From a virus (taxonomy: Duplodnaviria; Caudoviricetes): a stretch of DNA of 51,515 bases. Below the pieces are notes generated by a model. It searched no databases. It was not told the DNA's origin and saw nothing but the letters and a program-made list of their open reading frames with translations. This document shows positions 1 to 10,452 of this stretch, piece by piece. The position numbers and the translations under genes are program-made. The stretch's first letter is position 1, and every line of letters starts with the position of its first letter. The stretch lies in the IMG/VR virus record IMGVR_UViG_3300023076_000001, positions 1-51,515 of that record; one strand, given 5' to 3'.

Positions 1-127
1 CGCTAGGAGATACCCGGATGGATCAGCTCGCGCGCCTTGGTGTGATCTTCGCCAGCGATGGCGCGCAGCAACTCCTCAAGGAATTGAACTCCGTTGCCTC
101 TTCGTCGAAGGGGGCTGAGACGGCAAC
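1..127. repeat. Left copy of 127-nt direct terminal overlap (circular contig)
   Basis: 1..127 is identical to 51389..51515. Confidence 0.97.
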
Positions 128-1838
128 GGAGCAATTCACCGACTCGACCAAGAAGGCCGCCACCGGGGTCAAGATGTATTCCGGGGCGCTTGGTGAAAAC
201 GACGCCCACGTCAAAGCTTTCATCGCCCACCAAAAGGCCCTGAAGATTGCCAACGACAACGCCGCGAAGTCCACCAAGGCGCTCAGCGCGGCGGGTCTGA
301 ATCTTGGGCGCCAGTTCTCCGACGTTGGCGTATCCCTGGCGGGCGGCATCAATCCTTTGATGGTGCTCATCCAGCAAGGACCACAAATCGCTGACGGATT
401 CGCCGTCGCGAGCGCAGCGGGACTAAGCTTTAAAGCGGTTTTGACAGGGCTGTGGGCGCAAATCACACCGCTAATCGCCACCTTCGCCCCGTGGATTGCG
501 GGTCTCGCCGCTGTCGGTGCTGCTGTCTACGTGCTCAACCGAGCCCATGAGGAGCACATCAAGCGCATCGATGCAGTCAATAAGTCCATCGACGACATGA
601 ACGACAAGCTTGTGAAGGCGTCGCCATGGCTCATCGATACGGCCAAACAATCGGACTTGGCTGCGGAAGGGACCAAGAACTTTCACGCGTGGGTCGAGAA
701 GAACACGAAGGCCCTTAAGGACTATGCTGGATCGGCGCGAGATGCCGCGATTGAGCTTGCGCGCCTGAATGTGTGGACGGCCAAAAACGACCAGCAAAAG
801 CTGGTTGATGAGAACTTCAAGGTCGTTGGCGGCGCTCCTGTCTACAAGGGCAAGGGGAGCGGCCCATTTGGCTGGATCACTGGCGACCTCGACAAGGGGT
901 TCAAAGAGTACGAGGCCAGCGCGAAGAAGGCTGCGCAGAACGTCAAGGCCACGCAAGCCGAACTTGAAATGATGCTTTCGGCGCCTACGTCGGCATTCGG
1001 TGAAGCGCCCAAGAAGGGCCGTGCGCCTAGCCAAAAGGACAAGAACCGCGCCGCCGCCCTCGCCGATGGGAGGTTCAAGTCGTCGGGTGGCAAGGTCATC
1101 GACCTGTCCAGCATCGCCACGGTTGGACAAGAGAACTACACGCCCGGCCATCTGAACAAGTTTAGCCCTGGCGGCGACCGGACCATCGGCGGCGATCCCA
1201 TGGTTGATAGCGCCGAGGAGGCGTCGAAGAAGCTTCAGGCGATCCAAGATCAGCGCGCCAAGGACCGCGTAGAGAGCGAAAAGCGCATGTGGGATGGCTT
1301 GGTCGCACTGTCGTCCAGCGGCAACAAGAAGCTCGCGGCGATCGGTAAGGCGGCGGCTATCGCACAAGCCACGATTGACGGGATCAACGCGGTTCAAAAG
1401 GCGCTGTCGGCCTTCCCGCCGCCGTTCAACATCGCGGCGGCGGCTCTGGTCGGTGGCCTAGCGGCTGCGAACGTGGCGAAGATTGCGGGCGTGAAAGGCT
1501 TCGCAACGGGCGGCTATACCGGCGACGGCCCGGTGGGGCGCCCGGCTGGCGTCGTCCATGGTCGCGAGTTCGTAGTCAACGCCGCCGCGACAAACCAGAA
1601 CCGCGCCACGCTAGAGGCCATGAACGCCGGTCGGGCTATCCCCAAGAACCCGATGAACGACAACGGCGAGTCGAAGCGTCCGATTGTCTACGCGCCGCGC
1701 TACAGCATGGGGAACGGCAACCTCGTAACCGAGCGCGTCTACGCTGACTTTGACCGCCGCATCGCCCAAGACCGAATGGACATGGAGCGCCGTATTCCGG
1801 CTATCGTGGCCAAGCATACGAACGACAAGGGCCGCTAG
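18..1838 (+). CDS. Tail tape measure protein
   Basis: AGGAG RBS; NLGRQFSDVGVSLAGG..LMVLIQQGPQI motif of lambda-like tape measures; C-terminal GFATGGYTG..AGVVHGREFV; follows the tail chaperone. Confidence 0.93.
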   Translation: MDQLARLGVIFASDGAQQLLKELNSVASSSKGAETATEQFTDSTKKAATGVKMYSGALGENDAHVKAFIAHQKALKIANDNAAKSTKALSAAGLNLGRQFSDVGVSLAGGINPLMVLIQQGPQIADGFAVASAAGLSFKAVLTGLWAQITPLIATFAPWIAGLAAVGAAVYVLNRAHEEHIKRIDAVNKSIDDMNDKLVKASPWLIDTAKQSDLAAEGTKNFHAWVEKNTKALKDYAGSARDAAIELARLNVWTAKNDQQKLVDENFKVVGGAPVYKGKGSGPFGWITGDLDKGFKEYEASAKKAAQNVKATQAELEMMLSAPTSAFGEAPKKGRAPSQKDKNRAAALADGRFKSSGGKVIDLSSIATVGQENYTPGHLNKFSPGGDRTIGGDPMVDSAEEASKKLQAIQDQRAKDRVESEKRMWDGLVALSSSGNKKLAAIGKAAAIAQATIDGINAVQKALSAFPPPFNIAAAALVGGLAAANVAKIAGVKGFATGGYTGDGPVGRPAGVVHGREFVVNAAATNQNRATLEAMNAGRAIPKNPMNDNGESKRPIVYAPRYSMGNGNLVTERVYADFDRRIAQDRMDMERRIPAIVAKHTNDKGR

Positions 1839-2564
1839 ATGGATCAGATCACCCGTAACCTTCTTGTGGTGGAAGAGGGGCAATGGCGACTTTCCGGCGC
1901 GCTGGACAGCGGCGGCACGACCGAGGACGGCGAGAACCAATATCGGCGAGCTGATGGCGGTGGCCGGTGGGTCTATGAAAGCTCCATCATCCTGACCACG
2001 GATAGCGAGGTGCGGCTTTACGAGTCCCTCTTGCTGCGGTGGAGCCTTGGCTATGACATCGCGGTTGTCTCGCGCATTGGTGGCCCGCTCATGCTGGGCT
2101 TTGTGGCCAGTGGAGAGACGATCCTAGTCCCCTTCTCGGATGGATCGACCTTCTCGGACGGAACGCTTTTCGAGGGATCGGAGGTCGGAACGGCTTTTCT
2201 GGTCGATGATGCAGCCAGCGGCGCGACGTCCTACCGGGTCCAGATCGAAGGGGCGCCTAGAACCCTTCAGGGCGGCGAGCCCTTCACCATGACAGGCGAC
2301 AAGTACCGCGAACGGCTTTACGGCGTGGCCAGCGTGCTAAGCGAAGAGGCGGCCGGCGACGCCACGATTTACACCATCCTCGGGGCTCCTCCGTTGCGCG
2401 AGCCTTATGCGGCGGGAACCGAGGTCGATTTTGATAACCCTCGGGTGGTCATGCGGCCGAACCTGACCGATCCAGGCGTTTGGCCCTCCTATAAGGACGT
2501 GTTCAGGAACGCCCGTGTCCCGGTGTCTTGGACCGAAACCAAGAGGATCAGCGATGGCCTTTGA
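1839..2564 (+). CDS. Distal tail (Dit-like) protein
   Basis: Directly after the tape measure gene; PFSDGSTFSDG and PPLRE..AGT.VDFDNP motifs seen in alphaproteobacterial siphophage tail proteins. Confidence 0.65.
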   Translation: MDQITRNLLVVEEGQWRLSGALDSGGTTEDGENQYRRADGGGRWVYESSIILTTDSEVRLYESLLLRWSLGYDIAVVSRIGGPLMLGFVASGETILVPFSDGSTFSDGTLFEGSEVGTAFLVDDAASGATSYRVQIEGAPRTLQGGEPFTMTGDKYRERLYGVASVLSEEAAGDATIYTILGAPPLREPYAAGTEVDFDNPRVVMRPNLTDPGVWPSYKDVFRNARVPVSWTETKRISDGL

Positions 2565-3153
2565 CAGCGACGCCTCTTACGTCCCCGATACGACGAATTA
2601 TGGAATCTTCTTCCTGATGCGGCAGGGAGCGGACCCGGCTGAATGGCTGCGGCTTTGGTCGGGAAACTATGACATCACCATTTCGGCGGGCGCGGTCGAT
2701 ACCACGGGGGGCGTTTATTCCGGCCTCGATTTTCCGCTGACCATTCCCGAGCTTGAGGGGTGCTTGAACGGCCAAACCTCGTCGGGCGAGTTCACCATGT
2801 CAGGGGTGAGCGAAACCGCAATCAGCCTTCTTGCCGAGGACAGCGACGAAGTCATCGGCTCGCGCATCTTCATGGGTGTGCAGGACTTCGCGCCGGGCTG
2901 GATTCCGATTGGCGAAGTGTCTTGGCCGTTCCGCGCTTACGCCGGGCGCCCTAAGAGCGCGGGCCGAGGGGGTGACAACAACATCACCTATTCGATGTCG
3001 CTTCCGTGGCAAACAGAGTTCTATGACCGCAATCAGGCGTCCCTGTCGTATTTGTCGCCGGTTTCCCAGCGCCGACGCCGCGCGAATGACGCCTTTTTTG
3101 ATGAAACGGTCAAGATGGCGCAAGGCCAGGTGCTTACGTGGATGATCTTCTAG
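2554..3153 (+). CDS. Tail tip/hub-associated protein
   Basis: ATG at 2554 after GAGGA; lies between Dit and the peptidase-like gene; RLWSG motif. Confidence 0.6.
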   Translation: MAFDSDASYVPDTTNYGIFFLMRQGADPAEWLRLWSGNYDITISAGAVDTTGGVYSGLDFPLTIPELEGCLNGQTSSGEFTMSGVSETAISLLAEDSDEVIGSRIFMGVQDFAPGWIPIGEVSWPFRAYAGRPKSAGRGGDNNITYSMSLPWQTEFYDRNQASLSYLSPVSQRRRRANDAFFDETVKMAQGQVLTWMIF

Positions 3154-3563
3154 CCAAGCGGGTTTTGGGCCACGCTGCCCAAGCCGCACGCACGCCGTTC
3201 AGCTACGCGACGGGCCACGACTGCGCGCAACGGTTCATCGGGGATTGGGTGCTTGCGGAGGTAGGGCTAGACCCTGCGAAGGCATGGCGGGGGCGCTACC
3301 AGACGGGGCTGGGCTGTCAGCGCCTTCTGCGAAGCTCTGGCGGGCTTGTGGCGGTCCTTGCCGAGGCCTTGGAGGGCGTGGGCCTGGTCAGAACCGAAAC
3401 TCCCGCCCTTGGTGACGTCGGGGCGGTCATGATGCAGAGTGAATACCGCATCGAGCCGGTGGGCGCTCTCATGGGGCCAGATGGTTGGCTATCCCTCACG
3501 GGGCGCGGTATCAGATCAACTCAGGCTGACCGCTTCGTCGCCGCTTGGAGTGTTCCCAGATGA
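3138..3563 (+). CDS. NlpC/P60-like tail assembly protein (DUF6950-like)
   Basis: PF.Y..HDC, WRGRY and GDVG motifs; upstream of the tip protein. Confidence 0.75.
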   Translation: MDDLLAKRVLGHAAQAARTPFSYATGHDCAQRFIGDWVLAEVGLDPAKAWRGRYQTGLGCQRLLRSSGGLVAVLAEALEGVGLVRTETPALGDVGAVMMQSEYRIEPVGALMGPDGWLSLTGRGIRSTQADRFVAAWSVPR

Positions 3564-5614
3564 GCAAGGCGGTAAAAAGCGTCGTCAAGGTTCTGTCCTT
3601 CGGTTTCACGCCGCTCCTCGTTAAGTCGTTCCTCAAGAAGCCGAAGATCCCGCCCGGTAACGCGGTGAACGAAAAGCAGCCGCGCCCGGTTCGCAAGCTC
3701 GCCTTTGGGGTTACGCGGGTGAGCGGGGCTTATGCCAAGCGCCAGAGCGTCGGGAATGTGTTCGTCCAAATCTTCGCCTATCCCGAAGGCGTGGGGCCGG
3801 TCGATCACTATGGCCGCGCATGGCTGAACGAGGACGAGGTTAAGCCGCTCGGCGCGTGGTTTCAGGAACTCGACGACGGCCGATACGAGACCGGCCGCGC
3901 CAAATATTACGAGCGCTTCGGCCTGATGGTGCAGACCGCTTATGCGGAAATCATCGGCTCAACGTGGGGCTGGACAGCGCAGCACTATGGGACCGGCGTT
4001 CCGTCAAACATGCTCATCCTTGAGCACGGCAAGAAGGAAGACGCGCAGAAGCAGTTCCCCGCCGGTCAGCAAACCGAAATGACCCGTGAGGCCTTCTACA
4101 AGGCTTACGATTGGCGCAAGGACGACACGGCGGGCGGGGTCGGCCCTCAACGTCGATACGCCCCCGGCGCCACGCTGGCCGAAATGGATGCGGCTATGGC
4201 GACGTGGGAAGTTACCACCAACCCCGTTGTTGGGCTGGTGAACGTCGAATGGCAGCTCTACGGGGCCGATTGGGATGAGTGCTTTGCGCCCGCCTTGGAC
4301 ATCCTCACAGCCGAAGCCAACATCTGCGACGAGATGGTTTTGCACCGCAACGGCTCGTCTCAAGTCGCAGGGACCGCCAACCCTGGAAGCGCCGTCACGC
4401 TTCTTGACGCCACCGGCTTGACGAACGGCTCCGTTCTCAACATCGGCGGAAAGAGCCTGAACGTCCTTAGTGTCGTCGGGAACGTCGTGACCTTCACGGC
4501 CCCTTTCGCAGATAAGATGCCGATCTTCGCGCCCGCTCGATGGGTGAATGCGGTTGCGGTCTACGGCAAGCGCTATGAGATCGGCATCCAGTGGGAGGCA
4601 GACACGCAGCGCAAGGAAGTGCGTGACCTTTTCATAGAGGCCATGGATGGTCATTTCAGCATTCGGGCCGATGGCGCGTACATCATCCGCGCCGGTCACT
4701 ACTACGCCCCCACGATCATCTTTGGCGCCGAGGAGATCATTGATTGGGAGTTCGACCCTGGCCCGCAGATCGGCGAGGCCCCTAACGTCCTGACACTCTC
4801 GTTCAAAGACCCGGTGACGGGCTACAAGGACACCGACACCGACGAGCTGCGCAACGAAGATGACATCCTCGTCGCGGGCCGTGAGGTGGTGGATGACTTC
4901 TCGCCGGATGGGGTCTTGAACGACAGCGCCTTGAAGCGTCTGGCCAAGATCAAGATGAGTCGCGACCACTCGGGCATGGTCTCCGTTCGCACCCCGCTAT
5001 CCGCACGCCGTGGCCTTGGTGAGCGGTTCATCGGCCTGCGTGTTCGCGGGTCCGTCGATCTCCACGACGCCGTTATGGAAGTGACCGAGCCGCCGCGCAT
5101 CAGCCTGCAAGACACCCCGTCGATTACGTGGACCGGAAAGCTAGTTGATCCTGTTCGCTATGATTGGAACGCGGCGACCGAAGAGGGCAACGGCCCGGTC
5201 TCTGGCTACTTCGCGAGCGGCGATCCTCTTGAAGCTCCCGCCATCGACAGCATCGGGGGTATTTATGAGGATGCCTCTTCGGGCGGCTATGGCGTGCGCG
5301 CTCATATCGTCGCCACCGGACCCGACCGAACGGACCTGACGTGGTATTACCGCTGGCGCGTCGCGGGTGCGGACTTGTGGACCTCGCGCAATGCCGACGA
5401 CATCGACGAAGGCCCCGGCGTTGGGCTGGATACGGGCGAGTTTCTGCCAACCGGAGTCGATATTGAGTTTCAGGTAGCCTACGAAACCGGAGGGCGAACG
5501 CTCTCTCGGTGGTCTGCCACCGAGATTTTCAACACTGCGATTGATCTTCTTCTGACCGAGAGCGGCGACGAACTAACCACTGAGGGCGGCGACGCTCTCA
5601 TGTTTGAGGACTAG
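3560..5614 (+). CDS. Central tail tip / host-specificity protein (gpJ-like)
   Basis: About 684 aa; FGVTRVSG, ANICDE.V, RYEI and YDWNAATEEG motifs; C-terminal FN3-like region and LLTESGDELTTEGG tail. Confidence 0.8.
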   Translation: MSKAVKSVVKVLSFGFTPLLVKSFLKKPKIPPGNAVNEKQPRPVRKLAFGVTRVSGAYAKRQSVGNVFVQIFAYPEGVGPVDHYGRAWLNEDEVKPLGAWFQELDDGRYETGRAKYYERFGLMVQTAYAEIIGSTWGWTAQHYGTGVPSNMLILEHGKKEDAQKQFPAGQQTEMTREAFYKAYDWRKDDTAGGVGPQRRYAPGATLAEMDAAMATWEVTTNPVVGLVNVEWQLYGADWDECFAPALDILTAEANICDEMVLHRNGSSQVAGTANPGSAVTLLDATGLTNGSVLNIGGKSLNVLSVVGNVVTFTAPFADKMPIFAPARWVNAVAVYGKRYEIGIQWEADTQRKEVRDLFIEAMDGHFSIRADGAYIIRAGHYYAPTIIFGAEEIIDWEFDPGPQIGEAPNVLTLSFKDPVTGYKDTDTDELRNEDDILVAGREVVDDFSPDGVLNDSALKRLAKIKMSRDHSGMVSVRTPLSARRGLGERFIGLRVRGSVDLHDAVMEVTEPPRISLQDTPSITWTGKLVDPVRYDWNAATEEGNGPVSGYFASGDPLEAPAIDSIGGIYEDASSGGYGVRAHIVATGPDRTDLTWYYRWRVAGADLWTSRNADDIDEGPGVGLDTGEFLPTGVDIEFQVAYETGGRTLSRWSATEIFNTAIDLLLTESGDELTTEGGDALMFED

Positions 5615-5619
5615 GAAAC

Positions 5620-7101
5620 ATGGCCAGCGTAAAAATTTCCGCCCTTTTGGCAGGAACCGCACTCGCCGGGATCGAAGCAATCCCTGCCGTTCAGGGCGGG
5701 GCTACGGTGCGCATTACGCCTGACCAGATTAAGGTTTACCTCTTGGGCGCCGCAGTCGCGCCGGGCACGAACTATTCGATCCTTGTTGGAACGGACGTTC
5801 CGACCGTCGCGGACGCCATCGCCATGGTTTCCTCATGGGTCATACCGCCATCATCCAGCGTGACGATCTCGGTTCCGGCTGGCGTGACTGCCCTGACGGT
5901 CCCCCTGACGTTCAACATGCTCTGCGGCGATCGGGTGCGCTTTGAGGGTGCGCCATGCTTCACTACCAACGTTACGGCGGCCGGGAGCGTCACGGGTTCG
6001 TCGGGCAACTACTCCGTTCCGCTGAACGTGGACGACGCAACCCATGTCGCGGTGGGCGATTGGGTCATGCTCCGCACGTCGGCGGGCGCGGGCGCTCACC
6101 AGATTTTCCAGGGCCTTTGCAAGGTGACGGCGGTTTTGGGTCTGACCGTCACGGTTCGGAACTTCGCCAAGCTCGCCGCCTGGCCCGCCACGACGCCCGC
6201 CACGACATTGACCAGCGCTGTGATGACGATCACCAAGACCACCATCACATTCAATGCCTGCGATGGCCTGCGGATCGACGGTTCGCTCGGCTACGTCGGC
6301 AAGATGGTCTTGGTCGGAACCCGGACGGATGGCACGATCGGCGTCATCGGTCAGCGCATGTCGCAGGGCATGAAGAACAAGGCCTATTGCTACGGCGATC
6401 CTGAGACATTCGGCGTCGCCAGCTTCGGCGATGGCGGGATGTACTGGCAGTATGGCGGGACCGGCGACATGCGCGGCGTCTGCGTCACTGACAACAAGGT
6501 CTATTCCATCCTCGCCCAACATGGCGGGGCTTGCATGTGCAACGCCGCTATCACGTCGGGTTGCGACGCAGACGGGTTCGCCGGAAGTCAGTCGGGCGCG
6601 ATCTCTGGCGAAACCTCGATCTCCGTAGGCCACGGTCGCCACGGCTATTACACCCAAGGCAACGGCTCGATCACGATCGTCCAGGCCTTTGCGGTGGCGA
6701 ACGCCCAAGACGGCGCGCACTCGGCTTGGGGCGGCGCGATGCGAGGCCAAAACTTCTCGGCGCGCTATAACCTCGGGAACGGCATCAGTGCGGACGGCGG
6801 ACTATTCATCACGCCAACGTCTGTCTATTTCCGCAATGGCAACTTCGGCGCCTATGCCTACAACGGCGGCAGGATCATTTCTGACGCCTCGCAAGGGGAT
6901 GCGAACGGCGGAAATCGCCTTTATATGGCAGACCTGAGTGGGTTCATCAGCGCCCTGATCAATACCGCCACCGGCCAAACTGTAGAGGCCGCGCGCCTGG
7001 GTCAAATCAACCTCACGGGCACGACAGGATCGCCCACTGAAGTCCTCAGCGCTGGGGGAAGTATCATCACGCCAGCCGGAACCTACACCGGTCCTACGTA
7101 A
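5620..7101 (+). CDS. Tail fibre/spike with right-handed beta-helix (putative depolymerase)
   Basis: N-terminal KISAL fibre motif; Gly/Asn-rich repeats (N..DG, N.GNG) typical of parallel beta-helices. Confidence 0.7.
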   Translation: MASVKISALLAGTALAGIEAIPAVQGGATVRITPDQIKVYLLGAAVAPGTNYSILVGTDVPTVADAIAMVSSWVIPPSSSVTISVPAGVTALTVPLTFNMLCGDRVRFEGAPCFTTNVTAAGSVTGSSGNYSVPLNVDDATHVAVGDWVMLRTSAGAGAHQIFQGLCKVTAVLGLTVTVRNFAKLAAWPATTPATTLTSAVMTITKTTITFNACDGLRIDGSLGYVGKMVLVGTRTDGTIGVIGQRMSQGMKNKAYCYGDPETFGVASFGDGGMYWQYGGTGDMRGVCVTDNKVYSILAQHGGACMCNAAITSGCDADGFAGSQSGAISGETSISVGHGRHGYYTQGNGSITIVQAFAVANAQDGAHSAWGGAMRGQNFSARYNLGNGISADGGLFITPTSVYFRNGNFGAYAYNGGRIISDASQGDANGGNRLYMADLSGFISALINTATGQTVEAARLGQINLTGTTGSPTEVLSAGGSIITPAGTYTGPT

Positions 7102-7180
7102 GCTCTTTAGTGCATCGTGACCTAAGGCTTGGTTGCATGTAGGTTGCCCGCTCAAGTCACACTCAGAGCGAGCGCCCTGC

Positions 7181-9160
7181 ATGTCTGCGATTAACGATGC
7201 CGGAAAGGCCTGGCTGTCCGATTACAACGTGCCCGGTGTGCCATCGAGCGGGGAAAAGGACCCGCCGAAGGCCGAGGGGCGCAACCTTTTCGCGCTGATC
7301 GACACGACTATCAATTCAGTCATCAACGGCACGATTGAGGGCAACGCCACCCTCTACGCCCTTCGGTCCAGCCTCTTTGCCGACCTTGCCCATGTGGCCG
7401 GTAGCGTTGGCATCGTCTACGCAGACCCAACGCCAGCCTACAACGGCTTCTACCTCAAGAGCGGAGCATCCGGTTCGGGGGCTTGGACGCTCTATTACGT
7501 CTCCCTCGCGCCCGCATCCGATGCCGAGGCCATCGCTGGAACCATCACAACGAAGGCCGTCACCCCGGCCAGCCTGAAAGCCGCCAGGGCCATTCTTCCG
7601 CAGCTTCAGACGGTGAACGCCACAGACACCGGCACGCTTGGGGATAATGCACTATGGGCCGTGGCGGGTTCCTCCTACGTCCTGCGTGGCGTCAATGTCC
7701 GCAATGTCCCGCTCTATGTCGGCCGCGACGGGTTCACATATGCCCGCCTGGCTCCGACCAGCTTCCTCGCGTCAGAGTCCGCGACCTTCCTCCTGCCGCA
7801 GGTCGCTATTGATCTAGGAGCCCGTGGGGGCGTGTTCAGCGTCCGCAAGACCGGAACGACGTTCTACAGCTACACCTCGACCCAAGACGGCAAGTTCACC
7901 CTTCCATATCGGGCTTGGGACTCGGCGCCTGTCGCCAACAGCGGCTTGCGCGGCCAGCTTCTCGCGACAGAGGATCGCCTAGAGGTCCACATGCAGTATG
8001 GGCAGTCATGGGAAACGCACCCCATGAACACGCCCTCCGCACCGTTCACGGTCGATGGGGAGGGCTATCAGGCCTACACCTTCCAGAACGCGTTCGGCGA
8101 TCCGCTGCAATATGTCGGAGTCGAAAGCCAAATCTCCCTGATCGTCGGCTTCATGGGTATTGGCCCTGGCGTTGGGCAGTCGATTGGGTCCGTCGCTACG
8201 GAAACCTTGGCCCGAGTTCGCCGGGATCTGGCCTATCAGATGCGCTCAATCCTGAACTGGTCGGCGGCCTATCCTGGCTATACGTGGGCGCAACTGCGGC
8301 CGGGCTCCGAGCCATGGGCGGCCCTGGTTGGATACATCGCCGCAACCAAGACCTATGCGGCCAAGTACGGCCTGACGCCTTGGTTCCGAGCTGTCGGAAT
8401 CACCGAGGGCGCGGCGGGAAGCTCGGTGGACCCCGTCAACGCTTCGACGGCTATGGCCACGATGTGCAGCGATTTCGATGCCCTGGACGTCAACAGCGGC
8501 GGCGACGCCCTGCAATTCATCTTCGATGTGACGCCGGCCGTATCGGAAGACACCGTTCCTTACGCGCAGTCGTGGCAACAAATCGCCTTCTGCCGCGCCA
8601 ACGCCAACGGGCGGACTTGGATGCACGGGCCGCGCTACCAGTTCCCTTATGTCGATAACATTCACTACACCCCCAAGGGCTATGCGAAGATCGGCGAACA
8701 GACGGCTTGGGCAAAGCATGTGGTCTTGGACCGAAAGCAGTCCTGGGCGCCGTTCTGGCTGACGTACACGGGGGCTAATCCCAACATCACCGTTAGCGGC
8801 TCGACCGTCACCATTCAGGTCAATTCGCCCATCGGCTATACGGGCGCTGTCGTGCGGGACACGACCACCATTCAGGCCGCAACGAACGATGGCCTTTCGG
8901 TTCGCGTCGGCGGCACGCCCCGCACGATTTCCAGCATCACCCTCAACACGACATCGATTGTCATCACCCTGTCGGCGGCCATCGCGTCGTCAACGGCGGT
9001 CGAAGTGTCCTATTGCGCTTATGGCGCTGGCGCGGTGTCTGGAACTCACTCGGGCGTCTGGGGTAATCTGAAGAAGGTTGGCCCCGCCTCGCGCTTCTTC
9101 TCAGGCGAAACCATCGACGCTTGGCTTGTCCCCTTCAAGGAAACGGTAACGGCAGCATGA
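7181..9160 (+). CDS. Tail receptor-binding protein with SGNH/sialate O-acetylesterase-like domain
   Basis: VYADPTPAYNGFYLKSG anchor; ASDAEAIAGT..KAVTP fibre repeat; YGQS and DNIHY catalytic-type motifs; C-terminal Ig-like domain. Confidence 0.7.
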   Translation: MSAINDAGKAWLSDYNVPGVPSSGEKDPPKAEGRNLFALIDTTINSVINGTIEGNATLYALRSSLFADLAHVAGSVGIVYADPTPAYNGFYLKSGASGSGAWTLYYVSLAPASDAEAIAGTITTKAVTPASLKAARAILPQLQTVNATDTGTLGDNALWAVAGSSYVLRGVNVRNVPLYVGRDGFTYARLAPTSFLASESATFLLPQVAIDLGARGGVFSVRKTGTTFYSYTSTQDGKFTLPYRAWDSAPVANSGLRGQLLATEDRLEVHMQYGQSWETHPMNTPSAPFTVDGEGYQAYTFQNAFGDPLQYVGVESQISLIVGFMGIGPGVGQSIGSVATETLARVRRDLAYQMRSILNWSAAYPGYTWAQLRPGSEPWAALVGYIAATKTYAAKYGLTPWFRAVGITEGAAGSSVDPVNASTAMATMCSDFDALDVNSGGDALQFIFDVTPAVSEDTVPYAQSWQQIAFCRANANGRTWMHGPRYQFPYVDNIHYTPKGYAKIGEQTAWAKHVVLDRKQSWAPFWLTYTGANPNITVSGSTVTIQVNSPIGYTGAVVRDTTTIQAATNDGLSVRVGGTPRTISSITLNTTSIVITLSAAIASSTAVEVSYCAYGAGAVSGTHSGVWGNLKKVGPASRFFSGETIDAWLVPFKETVTAA

Positions 9161-9906
9161 CCACGACCATTGACCTTGGCGTTCAACTGACCGCCGCCTC
9201 GGACCTTCCCGTGCTCGGGGACTTCCGAACCTACTTCCAATCCATCTCTGATGTCGTCGCAATCTGGCGGTTTGATCGCTCCGACCTCTTGACCTTGGCC
9301 AGCGGGAAAATCTCACAGGCCAATGATTGGCTTGGTGGGGCCGCGATCCTCCCTCAGGCTACCGACGCAAAGCGGGGAACGCTCGTCTACGACGCGACGC
9401 TCGGCCGCAACGTCATGTCGCTAAGCCGAGCGGCCGGGGCCAACTACACGCAGTCGGGTGGCTCGGCGATGGACAACGCCAACCCCTGGACCATGATCGT
9501 TGTCCACAAGCCCGCGACCTACGACTTTGGGACCGTTGCCCAGATCGGCGCGACATCAGCCCTGATCACCACGACAAGCGGCGGAAACTCCGTTCTGTCG
9601 GTGGGTACTGGCGGAACCGCCATCGCGGACCAGCCCCAGAGCGTCACGGGATGGAACCGGCATGTGGCCTCGCACCCCGGCGGCAATTCCATCCGCCAGC
9701 AAATCGGAGGCCGCTCTATCCTCACCAACACCGGGGGTGCGGTCCCGACCGGAACGGGTTTGGTGATCGGAAACAACACCCCCGCCGCTGCTTATGGCGG
9801 GTCCATTGACCTGATCATGGCCATCAAGTCCCAGGACATTCTGGCCGATCCGACCTCTGACTTTTACCTCAACGTCAAAGCGTTTCTCGACACGCGCGGA
9901 GTCTGA
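9157..9906 (+). CDS. Putative LamG/concanavalin-like virion protein
   Basis: ATGA overlap with the previous gene; LTLASGKISQANDW, PWTMIVVHK, LVIG..YGGSI pattern. Confidence 0.5.
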   Translation: MTTTIDLGVQLTAASDLPVLGDFRTYFQSISDVVAIWRFDRSDLLTLASGKISQANDWLGGAAILPQATDAKRGTLVYDATLGRNVMSLSRAAGANYTQSGGSAMDNANPWTMIVVHKPATYDFGTVAQIGATSALITTTSGGNSVLSVGTGGTAIADQPQSVTGWNRHVASHPGGNSIRQQIGGRSILTNTGGAVPTGTGLVIGNNTPAAAYGGSIDLIMAIKSQDILADPTSDFYLNVKAFLDTRGV

Positions 9907-9908
9907 CC

Positions 9909-10109
9909 ATGAAGCCTTCACCAAACGCGCTCTGGCTCTGGACCTCGCCCAAGGGCGGCTCCCATCACGAACAGGTGGACAGCCAAGCCCCCGCCGATGC
10001 TCCCGAAAAGGAGCGCTATCGTTACCGCCTTCGCGACCAAGAGGGCGACAATCACGGCCCATGGAAATCAGGCCGCGCTCCGAAGTCCAAAGCCAAGAAA
10101 GGCGAATGA
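9909..10109 (+). CDS. Hypothetical protein (66 aa)
   Basis: Fills the gap exactly between genes of the tail operon. Confidence 0.6.
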   Translation: MKPSPNALWLWTSPKGGSHHEQVDSQAPADAPEKERYRYRLRDQEGDNHGPWKSGRAPKSKAKKGE

Positions 10110-10110
10110 G

Positions 10111-10440
10111 ATGAGCTATCCGCTCCCCGCAAACCCCGAAAATGTCGGCATCATGATCGCGACCGGCCTCGTTGGCGATCCGCCTCCGTTGGCCACTTTC
10201 TCCGCGCCCTTACGCTTCACCGCTGGCGCTGCGGCTGATACCGCAATCGCCACGCTCTCCAATCCGATTTCGGGCGAGACTTTGGCGTTGGCGCCCGCAG
10301 ATGGCCGAGTCCGATGGGATGGAAACGTTCTTGAGGTCGGAGGCACGGCAACGCCTACGGCGACGACTCTCTACTACACCGTGACCCGCACCAAGAATGG
10401 CGTTTCGTTCTCCCAGACGATCACCATCAGCGCCGTCTAA
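10111..10440 (+). CDS. Small virion protein: PENVGIM N-terminus plus Ig/cadherin-like beta-sandwich
   Basis: ATG at 10111 just after the upstream stop; Thr-rich beta-strand pattern ending FSQTITISAV. Confidence 0.6.
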   Translation: MSYPLPANPENVGIMIATGLVGDPPPLATFSAPLRFTAGAAADTAIATLSNPISGETLALAPADGRVRWDGNVLEVGGTATPTATTLYYTVTRTKNGVSFSQTITISAV

Positions 10441-10452
10441 AGGACAATCGAC

